From positions 1-38,004 of IMG/VR virus record IMGVR_UViG_3300022307_000006: 38,004 nt of DNA; one strand, given 5' to 3'. Both the position numbers and the translations under genes were made by a program. The notes below the pieces were generated by a model. The model had not been told where the DNA came from and searched no databases. It saw nothing but the letters and a program-made list of their open reading frames with translations. Positions 1 through 8,406 of the stretch are shown piece after piece (the stretch's first letter is position 1; each line of letters begins with the position of its first letter). The DNA comes from a virus (Duplodnaviria > Caudoviricetes).

Positions 1-53
1 CTGATAATGATCGCAAACGCGGTATAAATATTGTTGATTTAGTAAAGGAGTAA
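1..53 (+). CDS. 3' end of an upstream paralogue of the heptad-repeat proteins (partial)
   Basis: Bases 1-88 are identical to 741-828 and encode ...DNDRKRGINIVDLVKE-stop, the same C-terminus as 68..793. Confidence 0.85.
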   Translation, partial: DNDRKRGINIVDLVKE

Positions 54-67
54 AGGAGTAAACATAA

Positions 68-793
68 ATGAAAAAGAAATTAATAAGAAAAGATAGAGGA
101 TATTGGGGTGATCTGACCAACATCTGTGGTGACCTGACCAGTGTCTGGGGTGACCTGACCGATGTCCAGGGTGATCTGACCGATGTCCGGGGTAATCTGA
201 CCCGTGTCTGGGGTAATCTGACTCATGTCCAGGGTAATCTGACTAACATCTGGGGTAATCTGACCCATGTCCAGGGTAATCTGACCAACATCTGGGGTGA
301 CCTGTTTCATGTCCGGGGTGATCTGACCGATGTCCGGGGTGATCTAACCAATGTCCGGGGTGATCTGACCAACATCTGTGGTGACCTGACCAGTGTCCGG
401 GGTGATCTGGCCAACATCTGTGGTGACCTGACCGATGTCCAGGGTGATCTGACCGATGTCCAGGGTGATCTGACCCGTGTCTGGGGTAGTCTGATCCATG
501 TCCGGGGTGACCTGTCCGGTGTCTGGGGTAATCTGACCGATGTTTGGGGTGACCTGACTAATGTCCGGGGTGATCTGACCGGTGTCTGGGGTGATCTGAC
601 CAATGTCCGGGGTGATCTGGCCAATGTCTGGGGTGACCTGTCTGGTGTCTGGGGTGATCTGACCAACATCTGTGGTGACCTGACCGGTGTCTGTGGTGAC
701 CTGACCGGTGTCTGGGGTGACTTGGACACCTGTGAGATATCTGATAATGATCGCAAACGCGGTATAAATATTGTTGATTTAGTAAAGGAGTAA
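68..793 (+). CDS. Heptad-repeat (GDLTxVx) protein, 29 repeats, probable beta-solenoid
   Basis: AAGGAG RBS; 13-aa leader + 29x7 aa + 25-aa conserved tail = 241 aa. Confidence 0.9.
   Translation: MKKKLIRKDRGYWGDLTNICGDLTSVWGDLTDVQGDLTDVRGNLTRVWGNLTHVQGNLTNIWGNLTHVQGNLTNIWGDLFHVRGDLTDVRGDLTNVRGDLTNICGDLTSVRGDLANICGDLTDVQGDLTDVQGDLTRVWGSLIHVRGDLSGVWGNLTDVWGDLTNVRGDLTGVWGDLTNVRGDLANVWGDLSGVWGDLTNICGDLTGVCGDLTGVWGDLDTCEISDNDRKRGINIVDLVKE
107..715 (+). repeat. 21-bp coding tandem repeat, 29 units, consensus approx. GGTGATCTGACCGATGTCYGG
   Basis: Directly visible; unit length is constant and in frame. Confidence 0.95.
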
Positions 794-807
794 AGGAGTA
801 AACATAA

Positions 808-1365
808 ATGAAAAAGAAATTAATAAGAGAAGATAGAGGATATTGGGGCAATCTGTCTTGTGTTTGGGGTGATCTCAACAACGTCCGAGGTGACCTGATC
901 CATGTCCGGGGTAATCTAAACAATGTCTGGGGTGATCTGTCCTGTGTCTGGGGTGATCTGACCGATGTCCAGGGTGATCTGACCGGTGTCCGGGGTAATC
1001 TGACCCATGTCTGGGGTGATCTGACCGATGTCCGAGGTGATCTGACCGATGTCCGAGGTGATCTGACCGATGTCCGAGGTGATCTGACCGGTGTCTGGGG
1101 TGATCTGACCGGTGTCCGGGGTGATCTGACCGGTGTCCGGGGTGATCTCAGCAACGTCCGGGGTGATCTCAGCAACGTCCGGGGCAATCTGTCCGGTGTC
1201 TGGGGTGATCTCAGCAACGTCCAAGGTGACTTGTCCGGTGTCCAAGGTGACTTGTCCGGTGTCCAAGGTGACCTGTCCGGTGTCTGGGGTGACTTGGACA
1301 CCTGTGAAATATCTGATAATGATCGTAAACGCGGTATAAATATTAATGATCTAATAAAGGAGTAA
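808..1365 (+). CDS. Heptad-repeat protein paralogue, 21 repeats
   Basis: Same RBS, near-identical leader (MKKKLIREDRGYW) and tail; 13+147+25=185 aa. Confidence 0.9.
   Translation: MKKKLIREDRGYWGNLSCVWGDLNNVRGDLIHVRGNLNNVWGDLSCVWGDLTDVQGDLTGVRGNLTHVWGDLTDVRGDLTDVRGDLTDVRGDLTGVWGDLTGVRGDLTGVRGDLSNVRGDLSNVRGNLSGVWGDLSNVQGDLSGVQGDLSGVQGDLSGVWGDLDTCEISDNDRKRGININDLIKE
847..1287 (+). repeat. 21-bp coding tandem repeat, 21 units
   Basis: Directly visible. Confidence 0.95.
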
Positions 1366-1366
1366 T

Positions 1367-2116
1367 ATGTCATACATAGAAAACCCAAAAACAAAAGGCA
1401 GTGGTATCTATTGTGCAATACCACAAGAATACGAACCTTGTCGGCGTAATTGTAAAAACTGCTTTTATCAAGGCGGCCGGTCTTATCTCGAACCTTTGGC
1501 ACAAAATTTACCAAATATGCCGCCTAAAGAAATATTGGACAATTTCGTAATTCGAGTAAACGACGGCCTAGACAGTTGTCAAAATGTTTACGATGTAATA
1601 GATAAAACTAGAAACATACCAAATAAATTTTATAATACTGCAAGTTATGCACCTTATTTATTTAACTTGTTAAGTGAATGTGGACCATATGTTTTAACTC
1701 TTAATCCAGGCGATATGACTGATGACGAGATCTACTATCCTTTTATCCAGATGAACCATAAACCAATGGCAGTACGGTTTAGAGCAAACATGTGGAATAG
1801 GGATCTTTTAAATGTTGCCATACAATTATGGTGTAAAGACTTCGGTGTACCACTAATAATAACATTTATGCGGTACTACGAAGAAGATCCACATATTAAA
1901 AAATACCCTGCATATTATAATAAAAAGGAACATATCCTGAATCCTTCCTGGTCTGTTAATGACGCCGGTTGGTCAAACATATCTGTACTTTATTGGACAT
2001 ATGATTTAGTGTTTACGTGTGGTGCTGGACCGGATCTACATCTATGTAAGGATTGTGGTATATGTTTACAGCTCTATTGGCAAGATATGGTGAAACGTTA
2101 TGAGCAAAATTTCTAA
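1367..2116 (+). CDS. Radical-SAM-like Fe-S protein (possibly phage Gp88-like)
   Basis: N-terminal CRRNCKNCFY (CX3CX2C plus aromatic); RVNDGLD segment; C-terminal C-X8-CKDCGIC cluster; AAGGAG RBS lies in the end of the upstream gene. Confidence 0.65.
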   Translation: MSYIENPKTKGSGIYCAIPQEYEPCRRNCKNCFYQGGRSYLEPLAQNLPNMPPKEILDNFVIRVNDGLDSCQNVYDVIDKTRNIPNKFYNTASYAPYLFNLLSECGPYVLTLNPGDMTDDEIYYPFIQMNHKPMAVRFRANMWNRDLLNVAIQLWCKDFGVPLIITFMRYYEEDPHIKKYPAYYNKKEHILNPSWSVNDAGWSNISVLYWTYDLVFTCGAGPDLHLCKDCGICLQLYWQDMVKRYEQNF

Positions 2117-2426
2117 GGCCGAACAACAGATAAAAAGACTTCGAGTACTTATCTCCGAGACAGGAAAAGATTTAGTACAACTAAAAGCCCTAACTAGTGT
2201 AGCGAAAGAACTTGAAGAATTGCGCGAAAAATACAACTTTTTATATCAAAAACTAAACTTATTAGAAAGAGTATTTTCGATAGAAGCCGATCTAAAGGCA
2301 CAACAAATTGTTGTTACTATAAAAAGAATAAAATACGAATTAAATTCGCCGGTTGAAATAAAGCGCCGGCATGACAAGGAACAGCATAATGTTACCACCA
2401 AAAATAAAAGCAAGCCGAGATCGTAA
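2100..2426 (+). CDS. Hypothetical coiled-coil protein
   Basis: 108-aa ORF overlapping both neighbours; L/E/K helical pattern. Confidence 0.65.
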   Translation: MSKISKAEQQIKRLRVLISETGKDLVQLKALTSVAKELEELREKYNFLYQKLNLLERVFSIEADLKAQQIVVTIKRIKYELNSPVEIKRRHDKEQHNVTTKNKSKPRS

Positions 2427-2601
2427 GTGGCAAGTTTGGGTTACGCTTCTTGCTGCAGGTGTAACAGGTCAGGTCATTGTAAAAGGTCTATCTAATATAC
2501 CGTGGTTTTTTAATGTTAAAGTACGGATTATAGATATGATTGGATTTGTCAATGATGCCTGGAAAGAGTATCGTAAAAAGTTGGAACAAAACGATGTATG
2601 A
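2371..2601 (+). CDS. Hypothetical small protein with hydrophobic segment
   Basis: 76-aa ORF with WQVWVTLLAAGVTGQVIV; fills the operon. Confidence 0.55.
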   Translation: MTRNSIMLPPKIKASRDRKWQVWVTLLAAGVTGQVIVKGLSNIPWFFNVKVRIIDMIGFVNDAWKEYRKKLEQNDV

Positions 2602-2695
2602 TATCTTCATAGTTGGATTTTCGTCGGGTGTAATAGTGACCGGACTCTTGATCTGGTGTTGGGCTTTTATAACTAGACAGGACAATAGATTATGA
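2594..2695 (+). CDS. Small single-TM membrane peptide (33 aa, not in ORF track)
   Basis: MYDIFIVGFSSGVIVTGLLIWCWAFITRQDNRL*; its stop overlaps the next start (ATGA) and it fills the gap exactly. Confidence 0.6.
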   Translation: MYDIFIVGFSSGVIVTGLLIWCWAFITRQDNRL

Positions 2696-3216
2696 TACAT
2701 TATCAAGATTTAGACGGTAAAAATTTAGATTTAGAAAATCTAAAAACTACTGATATCAGCATTGAACATATTGCTACGGCACTGTCACATCAATGTAGGT
2801 TTAATGGTATGATAAAAGAGTTTTATTCTGTTGCGCAACATAGTTATCTTGTTGCCAGGATGCTTTTTTATGACTATAAAGATCGTAAACTTGCTAAGTG
2901 TGGGCTGTTACATGACGCTGCAGAAGCATATATTGGTGACATTATTACACAAATAAAAGAAAAAACATCAGGTATAATGAGACTTGAAGCAATAGTACTA
3001 GAACCTATTTTGAAAAAAGAAGGTATTAGTAAGCTATACATCGAAAACATAGATCTGATACATAAATATGATAAACAATTATTAGAATTTGAAATGCAAT
3101 ATTTTTATGGAAAAGCTTCAAAATTATTTGATACCTATCCATCGAACGATATTGTATCTAAACAGCTTTTTTTGAGAAATTATTATTTTTACAATCAGAT
3201 TGAGGTGTTACCGTGA
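2692..3216 (+). CDS. HD-domain phosphohydrolase (YfbR/YfdR-like 5'-deoxynucleotidase)
   Basis: IEHIATALSHQCRFNG, FYSVAQHS and LLHDAAEAYIGD motifs. Confidence 0.9.
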   Translation: MIHYQDLDGKNLDLENLKTTDISIEHIATALSHQCRFNGMIKEFYSVAQHSYLVARMLFYDYKDRKLAKCGLLHDAAEAYIGDIITQIKEKTSGIMRLEAIVLEPILKKEGISKLYIENIDLIHKYDKQLLEFEMQYFYGKASKLFDTYPSNDIVSKQLFLRNYYFYNQIEVLP

Positions 3217-3569
3217 CAGATGACAAGAGGGACTACACAGCAAAATATGATCAAGGGAAGACCGATTGGTCCTTATTACCGTGGAAACCTATTGAACAAG
3301 CGGCGCAAATAATGACTGATGCCATCAACATAAAAGGCTACGGCCGTGATTCGTGGCGTACTGTAAAAGGCGGACAATTTCGGTATTGGTCAGCGGCATT
3401 AAGGCATTTATTTGAACGGTTTGTTTTAGGCAATATAATAGATCAAGAATCTGGTTATCATCATCTTGCGCACGCATTGTGTAATATAGCTTTTGTTTGT
3501 CAGAAGGATATTGAGCATTTTACTGATATGAACCCTTTAGATCATAACTTCTATGATAGGGACATCTGA
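3213..3569 (+). CDS. dATP/dGTP diphosphohydrolase domain protein (DUF5664-like)
   Basis: KYDQGKTDWSLLP, YGRDSW, SAALRHL and DQESGYHHLAHALCN motifs; GTGA overlap with the HD gene. Confidence 0.85.
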   Translation: MTDDKRDYTAKYDQGKTDWSLLPWKPIEQAAQIMTDAINIKGYGRDSWRTVKGGQFRYWSAALRHLFERFVLGNIIDQESGYHHLAHALCNIAFVCQKDIEHFTDMNPLDHNFYDRDI

Positions 3570-3575
3570 GTAACT

Positions 3576-3752
3576 ATGTGGACCGATGAACAAATAAAAG
3601 AAATATTAGCCTTGTCAAGACGGCTTTATGAAGCTATGAAACCGCATAATCAATTTATAGAAGATGGTTTGATCAGACGATTGTTGTTGGTATTAGAACA
3701 ATATTATGAACCAACACCTGACCAAGACCCAGACAAAAAACAAATCGCATAA
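3576..3752 (+). CDS. Hypothetical 58-aa protein (not in ORF track)
   Basis: MWTDEQIKEILALSRRLYEAMK...KKQIA*; fills the gap and its stop abuts the next RBS. Confidence 0.6.
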   Translation: MWTDEQIKEILALSRRLYEAMKPHNQFIEDGLIRRLLLVLEQYYEPTPDQDPDKKQIA

Positions 3753-3762
3753 AGGAGCAACT

Positions 3763-4008
3763 ATGCATTGGAAAACCCGGCAACGCAACAAAACCCGTAA
3801 CCGTAAGCCACCACGTGTAAAACGAGCCGAGCGAATACATCGCCGCGCAACCACGGTCGAAATAGAAGATATAATAGAGTACAATCTATCCGAAGAAGTT
3901 GCTTTACGTATACATCGGCAACGCGTAAAAAAGTGGTTTGGGAGTCAAAACAATATAACTGAAGAAAAAATAAAGAATTTATGCCGTTTGGTTTTGGTAC
4001 AGGAGTAA
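3763..4008 (+). CDS. Hypothetical basic protein
   Basis: AAGGAG RBS before ATG 3763 favours this start over 3706; R/K-rich N-terminus. Confidence 0.65.
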   Translation: MHWKTRQRNKTRNRKPPRVKRAERIHRRATTVEIEDIIEYNLSEEVALRIHRQRVKKWFGSQNNITEEKIKNLCRLVLVQE

Positions 4009-4011
4009 AGA

Positions 4012-5232
4012 ATGGCCTATCAAATAATACACGGTGATTGTATAGAAGTACTCAAACAATTCAACGATAATTGTATTGATGCACTTGGAACAGATCCACC
4101 GTATGGTTTATCTTTTATGAATCGAGCATGGGATAAAGAGCTTCCAGGTACTGAATATTGGGAGGCATTTCTTAGAATCCTGAAGCCAGGTGCTCACGGT
4201 GTTGTCATGGGAGCACCTAAAAAGGCGCACCGACTTGGTTGCATTATTGAAGATTCTGGTTTTGAAATTCGAGACTGTATCATGTGGCTATACGGAAGCG
4301 GTTTTCCCAAAGGCTGTAACGCAGCGTTGAATCTTGATAAGCATTTTGGACACAGTAATAGAGGTCAAGCTATACCGACGGCGAGTACTTATCAAGCTTC
4401 CGACACGGAAAAGAAAAACAAACTTCAGAGTAACGCGGTCGGAAAATACGTGCCAATTACGGATCAAGCTAAAGAATGGGACGGGTTTCATACAGGCTTG
4501 AAACCAGCATATGAGCCGATCTTTTTGATTCGGAAACCTTTGATCGGAACCGTAGCAGAGAACGTATTAGAGTATCGTGTAGGGGTTTTGAACATAAACG
4601 CTTGCAGGGTAGGTGAAGAGCCCGTTACAATAAACCGTTTTAATGACGGTATGAAGCCTTTTGGAAACGGTGCAGGTCATGAATACACATCTGATGAGTC
4701 AAAAGGCCGTTGGCCGGCCAATATCTGTCATGATGGTAGCGATGAGGCTCTTGCTGGTTTTCCTAAAAAGAAAGGAAAAGTAAAAACAATAAAAATGAAA
4801 GCAGGGAATACAAATGTAGTTTATGGAAAATATGATAAAAATTATGAAGGGTCTTATTTACAAGGCGGTTCTGTAGATCGATATTTCTACTGCTCAAAAG
4901 CTTCCCGAAAAGAAAAAGAAGCTGGGCTCGAAGCTTTTGATCCGATCAACGTCACAGATGGCCGTAAAATACCACCAGACAATGGTTTTCAACGTGGTAA
5001 GACCAAGAGACATAACACGCACCCTACCGTTAAGCCTATTTCTCTGTGTCGCTGGCTCTCACGGCTCATCTGTCCGACGGGAGGGACTTTGATAGATCCT
5101 TTTGCAGGCAGTGGAAGTTTAGGAATAGGGGCAATCCTGGAAGGATTTAACTGGATCGGCATAGAACAACAACAAGAAGATATTAAAATATCAGAAGCAA
5201 GATTGGAATATTGGTATGGGACAAGACGATAA
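4012..5232 (+). CDS. DNA N6-adenine/N4-cytosine methyltransferase, beta class
   Basis: DPPY catalytic motif near the N-terminus; HPTVKP and DPFAGSGS SAM-binding motif near the C-terminus; AGGAG RBS. Confidence 0.95.
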   Translation: MAYQIIHGDCIEVLKQFNDNCIDALGTDPPYGLSFMNRAWDKELPGTEYWEAFLRILKPGAHGVVMGAPKKAHRLGCIIEDSGFEIRDCIMWLYGSGFPKGCNAALNLDKHFGHSNRGQAIPTASTYQASDTEKKNKLQSNAVGKYVPITDQAKEWDGFHTGLKPAYEPIFLIRKPLIGTVAENVLEYRVGVLNINACRVGEEPVTINRFNDGMKPFGNGAGHEYTSDESKGRWPANICHDGSDEALAGFPKKKGKVKTIKMKAGNTNVVYGKYDKNYEGSYLQGGSVDRYFYCSKASRKEKEAGLEAFDPINVTDGRKIPPDNGFQRGKTKRHNTHPTVKPISLCRWLSRLICPTGGTLIDPFAGSGSLGIGAILEGFNWIGIEQQQEDIKISEARLEYWYGTRR

Positions 5233-5422
5233 AAAAGCACCTCATGATACTGTATATGTATGTTCTGTTTGTGGCAGACGATCCTATGACAGGAAAGGAT
5301 ACTTCAAAGTAAATCAAACTTGGGATGAAAGTTGCAGAATACACTCAGTATTGTGTTATAGAGATTCTTTAATTATAAAAGATGGTTTAGTTGTTTCGGG
5401 AATAGCAGCAGAAGATTTTTAA
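5216..5422 (+). CDS. Small Cys-containing (putative Zn-binding) protein
   Basis: CSVC...CRIH..LC; operon packing. Confidence 0.6.
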   Translation: MGQDDKKAPHDTVYVCSVCGRRSYDRKGYFKVNQTWDESCRIHSVLCYRDSLIIKDGLVVSGIAAEDF

Positions 5423-5423
5423 T

Positions 5424-6584
5424 ATGGTAACAACGACTGATATTAAACTACAAGTTTCAGCAACACAAATTAACGAATACATGACGTGTAAACGTCGGTG
5501 GGTTGCCGGTTATCTACTTGGCCTAAAACAGCCACAAACAGAAGCTATGGCTTTTGGTGAAGCTGGACACAAGATGCTTGAAACCTATCATAAGACCGGT
5601 ACGCCACCAGATGTTACCCAGCCATGGCAATTTACAAAAGATAGCAGAATACGCTATCCTGGACTGTCAGCCAAAAAAGCGTTGAAACACATTCCACCAC
5701 CAGGAACAGGCCGATCTGAACACGGTTTTTCTTTTGTAATAAAAGGTTTTAAATTCGTTGGATATATAGATCTCGAATGGTTTCAATCTGAAACAGAACT
5801 TTATGTTACAGATTATAAATTTGTATCTAGTTATCAAAGTGCTCTGGATGCTATGACATTAGCTGATAATGTACAGGCTACTATCTATGCGACTAAGGCA
5901 ATAATTGAGCATAACGTTGATAGTGTAAACCTTAAGTGGATTTACGTTTTATCTACAAAAAACCCGTCGGCAAGACCAATTGAAACTATGCTTTCAAAAA
6001 ATCAAACAGGTAAACAAATGCAAAAACTATTACGGATCTGTGAAGAAATGTATAGTTTGAAACAAGAAATACAGGAAATACGATCAAAAAACGATAAAGA
6101 CTATAACGAAATATTAAACATAATACCACCTACAATGCAATCTTGCTCACGATATGCTGGATGCTATTATATTAATCGGTGTAATTTTACACCAGAAGAA
6201 ATGATGAAGGGAGATTTAGAAGAAATGGATCAGAATTTATCAGATAAATTAAAGGGACTTGGTTTGGAACAGTTTATTAAGACAACGACAGAAACGCCGT
6301 CTGAAAAACCTGCACCACCACCAAAAGAAAAAGAGACGACGATAGCACCATCTAACGGCAAACTAGACCTGTCACAGTTCATGAAAACACCGGTTGTACA
6401 TACAGATCAGAAGGTCGAAAAACAAGCTGAACGCGCCCCGGTCGTACAACTGAACGCACCAGAACACTACGAACAGACAGCACTTACAGAAACAGCCGTT
6501 GTGGATAAAGTCAAAAACCTACTTACAGAAGAAGAGATCAAGGTCTTTTTGAATGTAGTAAAAAAGGTACTGACAAACCTATAA
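5424..6584 (+). CDS. PD-(D/E)XK exonuclease, Cas4/RecB-like, with low-complexity C-terminal tail
   Basis: SATQINEYMTCKRRW, GYIDL, TDYK, Q..Y, and C-terminal CSRYAGCYYINRC (1+3 Cys pattern). Confidence 0.85.
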   Translation: MVTTTDIKLQVSATQINEYMTCKRRWVAGYLLGLKQPQTEAMAFGEAGHKMLETYHKTGTPPDVTQPWQFTKDSRIRYPGLSAKKALKHIPPPGTGRSEHGFSFVIKGFKFVGYIDLEWFQSETELYVTDYKFVSSYQSALDAMTLADNVQATIYATKAIIEHNVDSVNLKWIYVLSTKNPSARPIETMLSKNQTGKQMQKLLRICEEMYSLKQEIQEIRSKNDKDYNEILNIIPPTMQSCSRYAGCYYINRCNFTPEEMMKGDLEEMDQNLSDKLKGLGLEQFIKTTTETPSEKPAPPPKEKETTIAPSNGKLDLSQFMKTPVVHTDQKVEKQAERAPVVQLNAPEHYEQTALTETAVVDKVKNLLTEEEIKVFLNVVKKVLTNL

Positions 6585-6589
6585 GAACA

Positions 6590-8263
6590 ATGGACTACAT
6601 CGTGCCAACAAACGAGTTTATTCGGATCAAAAAACTGCCTAGAAGACAGTTTGATCCGAACGACTCTGAACTGTTAGCAATTCGTGATATGTTAACAGGT
6701 TGGTTAAGAACTACAGAAGGTACTCAAGAATTGTTGCCTATTCAGGCTTTTGCTCTAAACGAGTTTTACAATTACGGTGGTTTTATAGGAGCAATACCTG
6801 TAGGAAAAGGAAAAACTCATATTATTGCACTTGCAGCAACAATATCAGAATGTAAAAGACCTGTTTGTATTGTACCGGCAAAACATCTAAAAGAAAAAAC
6901 ACCACGGCATTTTAAGCAAATTGCACAACATTGGAAAATACGCGACGATATTACTTTAGTATCGTATGAAAAACTAGGCGTTGTTTCCGGCAAAAATTAT
7001 TTATTTGATCTAAAACCAGATCTAATCTGTTTGGATGAAATGCAATATGTAAAAAATCGCCGTGGTGTTGCACGTACAAAACGGATTGAAAAATACATCA
7101 GAGAACACAGACCAAAAATACTTGGTCTTAGTGGGACATTTATGGACCGGTCACTAATTCAAGGATGGCATATTTTGTATTGGACGTTTCCATATATGAT
7201 GCCACTACCAAGACGGTGGATTGAATTCAATAAATGGCGGCAAGCGATTGAAGACGATCCAATGTATACTGGAATATCACCAGGCGTACTTAATCAATTT
7301 TGTAGTTTAAATGAAGAATTACATGATGGTGTTGGTAGAAGAATAGTAGAGACACCTGGAATCGTAGCAATGAATTCGGACGGTGCTCGGTCTAGTTTGA
7401 CCATAGAAGCTATTTGGCCTGATGTACCAGACGAAATCAGTACAGCAGTAGCGGAAATGAGAGAGACATGGGAAACACCTGGTGGTGAACCATTCGAATT
7501 ACAACTAGATTTGTGGCGCCATGCACGCACACTAGGAACAGGATACTACAACAAGTGGAAATTTCCACCACCAAGAGAGTGGTTAGAAAAACGTCGTGAA
7601 TGGTCTAAAATGGCCCGTGAAACGCTCCGATACTCTCGAATGTATGAGACACCAAAAGAGATTGCTTTAGCGGCAATACAAGGCAAGCTTGCACAGCAAG
7701 ATGCACAAATTTACCATGCATGGGCAGAGATCAGAAATATCTATAAGCCGATTACAGTACCTGTCTGGATATCTGATTATTTACTTAAATATTGTAAAAT
7801 GTGGTTGAAAAATAATCCCCGTGGTCTTGTATGGTGTGAGCTTAAAGCTTTTTCAGAACGTTTATCTAAGATTACAAACATACCATATTTCTGTCATCTA
7901 GGTAAAGATCAACAAGGTAGGTTCGTCGAAGATTATGATCAAGGACCAGCTATCGTAAGTCCTAGAGCAATTCAGGACGGGTACAATCTGCAATACCACT
8001 GGGATACTAACTTGATCGTTTCCTGTCCACCAAACAACGAAGCAATCGAACAAGTCATTGGAAGGACACATAGAGAATTTCAACCCAGCGATGAAGTTAA
8101 AGTCCAGTTTGTGTTTACAGTGGATGAGACGGTTGCCGGGTTTCAAAAAATGTTAGAAGAAGCACGAACATACAAAACTATATTAAATTCAAAATTACTA
8201 TATGCAGACTATATTAATATTGATATTACTAAACCTATCATAAGACCGACTATAAGATCATGA
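6590..8263 (+). CDS. Superfamily 2 helicase
   Basis: Walker A VGKGKT, DEMQ, SGT motif III, GYNLQ, and motif VI QVIGRTHR. Confidence 0.9.
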   Translation: MDYIVPTNEFIRIKKLPRRQFDPNDSELLAIRDMLTGWLRTTEGTQELLPIQAFALNEFYNYGGFIGAIPVGKGKTHIIALAATISECKRPVCIVPAKHLKEKTPRHFKQIAQHWKIRDDITLVSYEKLGVVSGKNYLFDLKPDLICLDEMQYVKNRRGVARTKRIEKYIREHRPKILGLSGTFMDRSLIQGWHILYWTFPYMMPLPRRWIEFNKWRQAIEDDPMYTGISPGVLNQFCSLNEELHDGVGRRIVETPGIVAMNSDGARSSLTIEAIWPDVPDEISTAVAEMRETWETPGGEPFELQLDLWRHARTLGTGYYNKWKFPPPREWLEKRREWSKMARETLRYSRMYETPKEIALAAIQGKLAQQDAQIYHAWAEIRNIYKPITVPVWISDYLLKYCKMWLKNNPRGLVWCELKAFSERLSKITNIPYFCHLGKDQQGRFVEDYDQGPAIVSPRAIQDGYNLQYHWDTNLIVSCPPNNEAIEQVIGRTHREFQPSDEVKVQFVFTVDETVAGFQKMLEEARTYKTILNSKLLYADYINIDITKPIIRPTIRS

Positions 8264-8406
8264 AAAATAACTTTTTCTATGAAATAATTGTAATAGCAGC
8301 GTTAGTAGTAATTATATTCTCAATACAACAATTAACTGAAAGTATTCGTTATTTGGAGTTGAAAATAGATGAACGAATTAATCAAGAAACAACAAGAATT
8401 AATTAG
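8260..8406 (+). CDS. Small membrane-anchored protein (48 aa, not in ORF track)
   Basis: MKNNFFYEIIVIAALVVIIFSIQQL...; ATGA overlap with the helicase stop. Confidence 0.5.
   Translation: MKNNFFYEIIVIAALVVIIFSIQQLTESIRYLELKIDERINQETTRIN

Noticed and set aside
107-1287. CRISPR array or non-coding satellite
   Set aside because: Units abut without unique spacers and keep a reading frame; no cas operon is present, and the Cas4-like gene is in a replication context
107-1287. Diversity-generating retroelement target (variable codons partly resemble AAY-derived NNY)
   Set aside because: No reverse transcriptase or template repeat in the window, and position-7 codons (tgg/tgt/cgg/cga) are not explained by adenine-only mutagenesis. 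An RT outside the window cannot be excluded
80-1514. Long antisense ORFs with RSPxTxV or QITPD heptads, superficially like the RNA Pol II CTD
   Set aside because: Shadow frames of a stop-free 21-bp repeat; the + strand frames have the RBSs, conserved ends and operon context
3706-3762. Longer start for the 4008-ending ORF
   Set aside because: Overlaps the 3576-3752 ORF; the strong RBS is in front of ATG 3763
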